Positions 1 through 6,886 of a DNA stretch of 59,384 nucleotides are shown piece by piece. The position numbers and the translations under genes are program-made. Position 1 is the first letter of the stretch; each line of letters starts with the position of its first letter. The DNA is taken from NCBI GenBank assembly GCA_041737125.1, contig JBGSSJ010000014.1, positions 134,375 through 193,758 of the forward strand, in the 5' to 3' direction. Origin of the DNA: Minisyncoccia bacterium. Lineage in GTDB: Bacteria; Patescibacteriota; Minisyncoccia; Phycocordibacterales; UBA9973. The notes beneath the pieces were generated by a model. That model searched no databases, was not told where the DNA came from, and worked only from the letters and a program-made list of their open reading frames with translations.

Positions 1-1
1 G

Positions 2-589
2 ATGTCCTCCCGTAAGGGCAATGTTGTTACTGGCGAATCTTTACTTCGAGACTCTATGGATGTAGTGAGAGAGAAAGTAGCAGAGCGAGAATTAACAGAA
101 GAAGAGAAGAATAATATTGCAGAAATTGTGGGTGTATCAGCACTTAAGTACTCAATTCTCCGTTCGTCACTTGGCTCTGATATTGTTTATGATTTTGAGA
201 AGTCTATATCGTTCGAAGGGGACTCTGGTCCATATTTGCAGTACACAGCAGTGCGCGCAAGCTCTATTTTGAAAAAAGCAGATGAATTGGAATTACGAAT
301 TACTAATTACGAATTACTAATTATACCTGAAGAAGTTACTACCTTAGAGAAAACCCTATATCAATTTGGAGAAGTTGTTGCTAGGTCATACTCACTTCTT
401 GAACCACATCATATAGCTACTTATCTTACAGAGCTTGCGAGTGCATTCAATACTTTCTATGGTAACACTATTATCGTAGATAAGAATGACCCTCATACTC
501 TATACCGCCTTGCTCTAGTTCAAGCATTCCATATAACCATGAAAAACGGTCTCTATCTTCTCGGTATAAAAACTCCAGAGAAGATGTAA
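2..589 (+). CDS. argS: arginine--tRNA ligase, C-terminal part (anticodon-binding DALR domain); 5' end outside the window
   Basis: ORF open from the window edge; HHIATYLTELASAFNTFY and a C-terminal ...EKM are typical of ArgRS. Confidence 0.88.
   Translation: MSSRKGNVVTGESLLRDSMDVVREKVAERELTEEEKNNIAEIVGVSALKYSILRSSLGSDIVYDFEKSISFEGDSGPYLQYTAVRASSILKKADELELRITNYELLIIPEEVTTLEKTLYQFGEVVARSYSLLEPHHIATYLTELASAFNTFYGNTIIVDKNDPHTLYRLALVQAFHITMKNGLYLLGIKTPEKM
291..323 (+). repeat. tandem 14-nt repeat AATTACGAATTACT x2.4 (ATTACGA heptamer family) inside argS, translated ELRITNYELLII
   Basis: 291-304 and 305-318 are identical; frame checked against the ORF. Confidence 0.9.
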
Positions 590-591
590 AT

Positions 592-1095
592 ATGAAGAAA
601 ATTATAATCATAGGTATGACTGGGTCAGGGAAGACGACACTTGCGCAAGAAATTAGCAAGGAATTGGATATACCTATCTACTACTTGGATTTGATTTTCT
701 GGAATGAAGAGGGCTATTTGAAGGATAGGGAATTCACAATAGAACAAGAGAAGATTATGGCACACGACAAATGGATTATAGACGGATCTTTTCCTAGATC
801 AAAGTCTCTCGATTTGCGAATACAAAATGCCGATACTATTATCTTCTATGATCTACCTCTACTTGTAATTCTATGGAGGCAGTTGAAAAGGTATATAAAG
901 TATCGGAATAAAGTGAGGCCAGATTTCGGGAAGAAGCAGCCTTACCCATTCACGATAAAGGATTTAAAATATGCTATGGATTATCCTAAGGATATGATTT
1001 ATGAGAAGCTAGAGGCTCTCGGGAAAGGGAAGGACATATATGTCATTCGGAATAATATAGATCAAAATAACTTTTTAAATAAAATAAAAAAATAA
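592..1095 (+). CDS. P-loop NTPase, adenylate-kinase / topology-modulation (FlaR-like) family
   Basis: N-terminal Walker A GMTGSGKTT; 167 aa; start 3 nt after the argS stop. Confidence 0.65.
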   Translation: MKKIIIIGMTGSGKTTLAQEISKELDIPIYYLDLIFWNEEGYLKDREFTIEQEKIMAHDKWIIDGSFPRSKSLDLRIQNADTIIFYDLPLLVILWRQLKRYIKYRNKVRPDFGKKQPYPFTIKDLKYAMDYPKDMIYEKLEALGKGKDIYVIRNNIDQNNFLNKIKK

Positions 1096-1119
1096 TCCTA
1101 TGCTGAAGCAGCATAGGAT
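1095..1119 (+). terminator. hairpin ATCCTATGCTG-AAG-CAGCATAGGAT followed by a T-rich tract
   Basis: 11-bp perfect stem overlapping the stop codon. Confidence 0.55.
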
Positions 1120-1255
1120 GTATTTAATATTTTAGATGTCAAAGCTTGCCATGATAGGAGTGAATGGTTAATACTAGACTTAAGTATAAGTATTCACTCG
1201 AATGGAGCTTTGATTTTTAAGTTACAATTTTGCTAATTTAGCAGGTTCTACTTCA

Positions 1256-1285
1256 ATAGAATATATCATATATGATATATTCTAT
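1256..1285. repeat. perfect 30-bp palindrome ATAGAATATATCATA|TATGATATATTCTAT
   Basis: The sequence equals its own reverse complement; it lies upstream of the ileS leader. Confidence 0.9.
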
Positions 1286-1354
1286 GCAAGTCTTATTCTG
1301 TGGATAATTAAGCCGTCTTGCAAAAATAGCATTTTATAGTTATTCTATATGTAT

Positions 1355-1514
1355 GCGTTGAAAGGGCTATCACCCTGGAGCTTCGGAAAGAAAGCGTAAG
1401 CAAGTAAAATCCGGCGGGTAAGCCCGTTATAGCTGTAATGAGAATAAACTAAGGTGGTACCGCGATTAAAATCGCCCTTGGAAATAATATTTTATTATTT
1501 TTATGGGCGATTTT
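1355..1514 (+). promoter_or_regulatory. T-box leader RNA with Ile (AUC) specifier and a start-codon sequestrator
   Basis: Conserved T-box AAGGTGGTACCGCG at 1451-1464. An antiterminator-like helix (1451-54/1476-79 and 1462-66/1471-75) has a 7-nt bulge TGGTACC. AUC-A at 1369-1372 sits in a GGG..CCC loop. The alternative helix 1468-1477/1505-1514 covers the G of the ileS ATG. Confidence 0.75.
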
Positions 1515-4500
1515 AATTTTATGGAACAAGACAAAAAATCAGACAATGCAATAAGAGAGGAAAAAATTCTAGAACTATGGAAAGAGAATAATACTTTCAA
1601 AAAAAGTTTGGAGAAGGATGCTCCGAAAGGGAACTATGTTTTCTACGATGGTCCTCCTTTTGCGACAGGGCTTCCTCACTATGGTCATATACTAGGTAGT
1701 ACTGCTAAAGATGTTATCGGTAGGTACAAGACGATGCAAGGCTATCGTGTTCCACGTCGCTGGGGCTGGGATTGCCACGGCTTACCTATTGAGAATATTG
1801 TCGAGAAAGATTTAGGTATTTCAGGGAAGAAGGCTATCGAAGCGCTTGGTGTAGATAAGTTCGTAGGGCATGCTCGCAGTAAAGTACTCACTTATGTTTC
1901 TGAATGGCACAAGACTGTCGACCGTATGGGCCGCTGGGTGGACTTTGATAATTCATATAAGACTATGGATAACAGTTTCATAGAGAGTGTATGGTGGGCC
2001 CTCGGTGAGATGAATAATAAAGGATTACTATATGAAGGTGTGCGAGTGCTAGCCTACTGTCCGAGATGTGAGACTCCAATAGCCAACTCTGAAATAGCCA
2101 TGGACAATAGCTACAAAGATATTACTGATATCTCAGTTTATGTGAAGTTCAGATTAGTTGATAAAGAGAATACATATTTACTTGCTTGGACTACTACGCC
2201 ATGGACTCTGCCAGGTAATACTGCAATAGCTGTGAATAACGAGATAGATTATATATACGTAAAGAATGAAAATGACACCTTAATTTTAGCGAAAGAATTA
2301 TTTGAAAAACTAAAAGAGAAATTTACTAATCCCGAAATTATAAAAGAAGTGAAAGGAAGTGAATTGGTGGGCCTTTCTTACGAACCAGTATTTCCATATT
2401 ATAAAAATGTTGATATGCCAAATAAGGAAAACATTTGGAAAGTTTGGCATGCAGACTTCGTGACCGCTGATCAAGGCACAGGTATTGCTCATGAAGCTCC
2501 AGCATTCGGTGAGGACGATATGAACTTGGCAAAGGAGCATAATATTCCTTTTATTCGCCATGTAGAGCCGAATGGATTCTTCACCAAAGAAGTTACTGAT
2601 TTCCCAGATGTAAAAGCGAAACCGAAAGACGACCCACAATCGACCGATGTTCTTGTAATTAAATATCTTGCAGGTAAAGGAACTCTTTTTGCCAAAGAAA
2701 AAATAATTCACTCATATCCACATTGCTATCGTTGCGATACACCGCTACTTTACTATGCATTACCATCATGGTTCGTGAATGTACAGAAAGTGAAGAATGA
2801 AATGCTAGAGAAAGCAAAGACCATGAACTGGATTCCAGAACATTTAAAGGAGGGTAGGTTCAAAAATATTATGGATAATGCTCCCGACTGGACTATCTCT
2901 CGTAATCGCTATTGGGCAAGTCCTTTACCTATATGGAAGTCGAAAGAGGGCAAGCTCATGTTTGTAAATTCACTCGATGATCTAAAAGCTAAAACAAAGA
3001 AAAGTGGGAATAAATATCTAGTTATGCGTCATGGAGGCACTATTGGTAATGTGTCAGAGCTAATAAGCTACAAGAATCAAGAGACAGATCATCTAACTAG
3101 AGAAGGCTGTGACCAGGTACGCGAAACAGCTGCGCAATTAAAATCCGAGAACATAGACTTGATAGTGTATTCTACATTTACTCGTACTCATCAGACTGCA
3201 GAAATAGTTCGTGATGCCTTAGGCTTGGATAAAGAGAAGATGATTCCTGATGCAAGATTAATAGAAATAAATCCTGGAAATTTCGATAGCAAAACATGGA
3301 ATGATTACCATGCTCACATTGCAAATAGTATAGGCATGGATTGGTTCACAGAGAAGATTGGTGGAGGTGAATCCCTTCACGATGTACAGAAGCGTACAGC
3401 AGAAGTGCTATATGAACTAGAAGAGAAATACAAAGGGAAGAATATACTAATAGTTACTCATGGAGGTCCGGCATGGCTATGCTTCGTGAATGCAGGGTTA
3501 TTCGTACCGGAGAATAAAGAGTACCAAGTTGCAAATACTCATATATTCGTCTCAGACTTCAAGCGCTTTAGTAATGCAGAAGTGCGCCCACTTGATTTCG
3601 TGCCGATACCACATAATCATGAGTACGAGCTTGATTTACATAGGCCATATATCGATAATATAAAACTTATAGATGAAAATGGTGAAGAATATAATCGCAT
3701 CCCAGAAGTTATCGATTGCTGGTTCGAGTCTGGTTCTATGCCTTTTGCTCAGGATCACTATCCATTCGAGCGTCCAGACTGGCAGAAAGAAAATTTCCCT
3801 GGTGGATTTGTGGCTGAATATATTTCACAAACTCGAACGTGGTTCTACTACACACACATCATCTCTACTATATTATTCGGCAAAGCTCCATTTGAGAATG
3901 TGGTGACTACTGGTACTGTTCTTGCAGAAGATGGACAGAAGATGTCGAAGTCGAAGAATAATTTCCCTGACCCATGGCTTATATTTAATAGTTTCGGAGT
4001 CGACGCACTGCGCTTCTATCTGATGTCCTGTCCTGTGATGAGAGGAGAGGATTTGAACTTCTCCGAGAAAGGAGTCAAAGATATAACAAGTAAGATAATC
4101 ACTCGATTGGATAATGTTGTAGCTTTCTATGAATTGTATAGAGATAAAGGATTAGAAGGGAATGCGAATACGAGCACATCTACTAATGTTTTGGATATAT
4201 GGATTACTTCTCGATTAAATGAGCTTGTAAAAGAATCTACAGAGAATATGGAAATTTATGACATGACTTCAGCTACACGACCTTTTGAGCTATTCATAGA
4301 AGACTTGTCTACTTGGTATTTGCGTCGCTCGCGCGACAGATTAAAAGATGGTGATAGAGATGCAAGGCAGACTCTATATACTGTACTGAAATCAGTATCA
4401 GTATTACTTGCACCATTTACTCCATTCTTGGCAGAAGATATCTGGCAGAAATTAAAGGGAGAAAATGATGTAGAGAGTGTGCATTTGGCGAAGTGGCCGG

Positions 4501-5000
4501 AAAATGGAAGTCCGGATGTGGAAATTATTAAAGAGATGAGCCAGGCAAGAGAAATAGTAACTCTGGGACTACAAGCAAGACAGAAAGAAAATATAAAAGT
4601 TCGTCAGCCACTTAGTCAATTACGAATTACGAATTACGAATTAGGAATGGAATATCAGGAAATCATAAAAGATGAATTGAATATTAAGGAGATAAAATTC
4701 GAGAAAGGCGAAGAATTAAAAGTTGAATTAGATACGAATATAACAGAAGACCTTAAGAAAGAAGGCCAGTATCGCGAGCTCGTGCGTGCTGTACAAGATA
4801 TGCGTAAAGCGGATGGATTAAGTCCTAGTGATATAGTGACTCTAGTTATCGCTACTAATACTGATGGTGAAGAACTCATAAGTCTATTCAAAGATGAATT
4901 CATGAAAGTAGTAGGAGCAAAAGAAATACAGATGGGGGATAATGATGGCACAGAAGTGAAGATAGATGAATTATTATTTATGATAAATATTTTAAAATAA
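1503..5000 (+). CDS. ileS: isoleucine--tRNA ligase (type 2 layout) with an embedded histidine-phosphatase domain
   Basis: PHYGHILG (HIGH), KMSKSKNN (KMSKS), WTTTPWTLPGN editing domain, DCWFESGSMP; 1165 aa. Confidence 0.95.
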   Translation: MGDFNFMEQDKKSDNAIREEKILELWKENNTFKKSLEKDAPKGNYVFYDGPPFATGLPHYGHILGSTAKDVIGRYKTMQGYRVPRRWGWDCHGLPIENIVEKDLGISGKKAIEALGVDKFVGHARSKVLTYVSEWHKTVDRMGRWVDFDNSYKTMDNSFIESVWWALGEMNNKGLLYEGVRVLAYCPRCETPIANSEIAMDNSYKDITDISVYVKFRLVDKENTYLLAWTTTPWTLPGNTAIAVNNEIDYIYVKNENDTLILAKELFEKLKEKFTNPEIIKEVKGSELVGLSYEPVFPYYKNVDMPNKENIWKVWHADFVTADQGTGIAHEAPAFGEDDMNLAKEHNIPFIRHVEPNGFFTKEVTDFPDVKAKPKDDPQSTDVLVIKYLAGKGTLFAKEKIIHSYPHCYRCDTPLLYYALPSWFVNVQKVKNEMLEKAKTMNWIPEHLKEGRFKNIMDNAPDWTISRNRYWASPLPIWKSKEGKLMFVNSLDDLKAKTKKSGNKYLVMRHGGTIGNVSELISYKNQETDHLTREGCDQVRETAAQLKSENIDLIVYSTFTRTHQTAEIVRDALGLDKEKMIPDARLIEINPGNFDSKTWNDYHAHIANSIGMDWFTEKIGGGESLHDVQKRTAEVLYELEEKYKGKNILIVTHGGPAWLCFVNAGLFVPENKEYQVANTHIFVSDFKRFSNAEVRPLDFVPIPHNHEYELDLHRPYIDNIKLIDENGEEYNRIPEVIDCWFESGSMPFAQDHYPFERPDWQKENFPGGFVAEYISQTRTWFYYTHIISTILFGKAPFENVVTTGTVLAEDGQKMSKSKNNFPDPWLIFNSFGVDALRFYLMSCPVMRGEDLNFSEKGVKDITSKIITRLDNVVAFYELYRDKGLEGNANTSTSTNVLDIWITSRLNELVKESTENMEIYDMTSATRPFELFIEDLSTWYLRRSRDRLKDGDRDARQTLYTVLKSVSVLLAPFTPFLAEDIWQKLKGENDVESVHLAKWPENGSPDVEIIKEMSQAREIVTLGLQARQKENIKVRQPLSQLRITNYELGMEYQEIIKDELNIKEIKFEKGEELKVELDTNITEDLKKEGQYRELVRAVQDMRKADGLSPSDIVTLVIATNTDGEELISLFKDEFMKVVGAKEIQMGDNDGTEVKIDELLFMINILK
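4618..4643 (+). repeat. (AATTACG)x3.7 heptamer array inside ileS, translated QLRITNYELG
   Basis: Direct reading; frame verified. Confidence 0.9.
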
Positions 5001-5443
5001 TGCTCAAAGAACAATGTTATGGAATAGTCATAGTTTATAAAGAACAAAATGAGAACTTTTTTCTTCTGTTACAACAATACAATAAACTCTTTTCTAAAGG
5101 TTCATGGTCATTCCCCAAAGGTCATCATGAAGGTACGGAAAAACCAAAAGATACAGCATTAAGAGAATTGGAGGAAGAAACCGGAATTACAGAAGTTGAA
5201 TTTGTAGATTTTCCTCTTATATATGAAGAGTATTGCATAGAAAGAAAAGGAGAAAAAATTTTAAAGATAAATGAGTATTTTATCGGTTTTGTAAAAGATA
5301 AAAAAGTGACTCCACAAGAGGGGGAGATAATAGATTACAAATGGCTTTCTTATGAAGAAGCTATGGATACTTTTGTATTCAAGAAAGAAGATAGGCAAAA
5401 AGTCCTAAAACAAGCCAAGGAATGCTTGGATATGCTCAATTAA
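5000..5443 (+). CDS. NUDIX hydrolase
   Basis: Nudix box GHHEGTEKPKDTALRELEEETG; start overlaps the ileS stop (ATAATG). Confidence 0.85.
   Translation: MLKEQCYGIVIVYKEQNENFFLLLQQYNKLFSKGSWSFPKGHHEGTEKPKDTALRELEEETGITEVEFVDFPLIYEEYCIERKGEKILKINEYFIGFVKDKKVTPQEGEIIDYKWLSYEEAMDTFVFKKEDRQKVLKQAKECLDMLN
5404..5434 (+). repeat. direct repeat copy 1 (last codons of the NUDIX gene)
   Basis: 28 of 31 nt identical to 5833-5863. Confidence 0.85.
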
Positions 5444-5444
5444 A

Positions 5445-5468
5445 AACCACCTCTATTTTTAGGTGGTT
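5445..5468 (+). terminator. hairpin AACCACCT-N8-AGGTGGTT after the NUDIX stop
   Basis: 8-bp stem. Confidence 0.5.
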
Positions 5469-5517
5469 GGTTAATTAATTGTTATTTCGATGTCTTCCTT
5501 ATTGTAAGGAAGCTTGT

Positions 5518-5775
5518 CTAAAAAATTTCTATAATAAGGTCTCCTAGAATTTTCTGCAGATATCCAGAAGTATGTTTTTGGAGTTTTATATTAATAAAAA
5601 TCTTTTTTACTTCTAAAGAGTGAGCTGAAAAGTTTATTACCGTTTCCCTCCCAAATTTCTTTAGAAGGTCTTTCATGGCACAACGTGTTGGGGTGGTAGT
5701 TGAGGAGTCACCCATAACTACAGTTTCTTGTTTAGGGTATTTTACAATAACCCTGTTGGTGTTTATCTTTTTCAT
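5518..5775 (-). CDS. hypothetical protein (85 aa) on a ~400-bp insert
   Basis: ORF with an upstream TAGAAT box and a downstream hairpin CTTCCTTA-TTG-TAAGGAAG; no recognisable motif. Confidence 0.4.
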   Translation of the reverse strand: MKKINTNRVIVKYPKQETVVMGDSSTTTPTRCAMKDLLKKFGRETVINFSAHSLEVKKIFINIKLQKHTSGYLQKILGDLIIEIF

Positions 5776-5832
5776 TTCAGAGTTGTTTTGTTTGTTGTTA
5801 TTCTAGCTATATTTGAGAAATGTCCATACCTA

Positions 5833-5863
5833 CCTAAAACAAGCCAAGGAATACCTAGATATG
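5833..5863 (+). repeat. direct repeat copy 2 (orphan NUDIX 3' end, would read LKQAKEYLDMVK*)
   Basis: Matches 5404-5434; its stop lies 4 nt before the next gene. Confidence 0.85.
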
Positions 5864-5876
5864 GTAAAATAGAGGT

Positions 5877-6272
5877 ATGAAAACAATCTTAATAGACGCA
5901 GTCTATACTTTTATTATCGAGACCGAGGGTAATTTTGGTGTGTTTAAAGATATGTATGACCTACTTGAGAAATTCCCAAATAAGAAAATAATTCTTACAA
6001 ATGCCTCAGATGATAAATTTGAAACATATGGATTAAATAATTTACCATACGAATTTTTTACACTTAAACATAACCCAGATAAAATAGATCCGAAATACTT
6101 TGAGACTTTCTTGAATGAGTTTAATCTAACAATAGATGATGTTATTTACTTTGAGCACGACATAGAAGCCGTCAAAAGTGCTGAGTCAGTAGGAATAAAA
6201 AGTTATTTTTACGATGAAAATAAAAAAGATTTAGTAGGCTTAGAGAATTTCCTAAAAGAGAATTTATTATAA
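5877..6272 (+). CDS. HAD-like hydrolase family protein (small, atypical motif I)
   Basis: ILIDAVYT, ILTNAS, FEHD arrangement resembles HAD motifs I, II and IV. Confidence 0.45.
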   Translation: MKTILIDAVYTFIIETEGNFGVFKDMYDLLEKFPNKKIILTNASDDKFETYGLNNLPYEFFTLKHNPDKIDPKYFETFLNEFNLTIDDVIYFEHDIEAVKSAESVGIKSYFYDENKKDLVGLENFLKENLL

Positions 6273-6856
6273 TGCATCACATTTACCACACAAATAGTTT
6301 TATATTGAGTTCGAGGAATAAAGGTGAAGCGAATAAGATGCTCACCTTATATACTCGTGAGATGGGGCTCGTGCGGGCAGTGGTGCAAGGTATCAGGCTC
6401 GGTAAGTCTAAGCTCCGCTTTGCACTCCAAGACTTTTCTTATGCAAATATTGATCTCGTAAGAGGCAAGGAAATGTGGCGTGTGACTTCAGCTACGAATA
6501 TTACTTCATTCCCATTTGCGCGTGCTGACAAACAGTCACTATTACTCATCGCTCGTATTAGCAAACTCATTGAGAGGTTCTGCGATGGGGAAGAAGCCAA
6601 TATACAAATATTTGATGAGTACATCCAAGCCCTGTACTTACTCGATGATGAATCTATGGAGAAAAGTAAGCGTGAGGCACTCGAGCTTCACCTAGTGCTT
6701 AGTATTATGAATCGCTTGGGCTATATCGGCGAGTCGGATTTATTATTGAATTATTTATCGAAGCCATTCGGAGAGATAGAGATAGAAGAATTATTGAAGG
6801 AGCGCCAGTCTATTATCTCACATATTAATAAGGCTCTGAATGAAAGTCAGCTTTAA
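6272..6856 (+). CDS. recO: DNA repair protein RecO
   Basis: The N-terminal OB-fold region resembles RecO (ILSSRNKGEANKMLTLYTREMGLVRAVVQG); 194 aa. Confidence 0.75.
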   Translation: MHHIYHTNSFILSSRNKGEANKMLTLYTREMGLVRAVVQGIRLGKSKLRFALQDFSYANIDLVRGKEMWRVTSATNITSFPFARADKQSLLLIARISKLIERFCDGEEANIQIFDEYIQALYLLDDESMEKSKREALELHLVLSIMNRLGYIGESDLLLNYLSKPFGEIEIEELLKERQSIISHINKALNESQL

Positions 6857-6870
6857 GATAATGTTCTATA

Positions 6871-6879
6871 TGGTATAAT
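6871..6879 (+). promoter_or_regulatory. extended -10 TGgTATAAT, 7 nt before ATG 6887 (leaderless geometry)
   Basis: Sequence match and spacing. Confidence 0.45.
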
Positions 6880-6886
6880 AAAACTT

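Noticed and set aside
2310-2711. Antisense ORFs inside ileS (also 2338-2532, 2489-2695, 4655-5047) and the alternate-frame ORF 3673-3906
   Set aside because: They are embedded in a strongly supported conserved CDS and have low-complexity or hydrophobic artefact sequences. The same reasoning applies to shadow ORFs within glyQS, infB, clpB, topA, RNase J, the SBP gene, obg, rel, parB and others.
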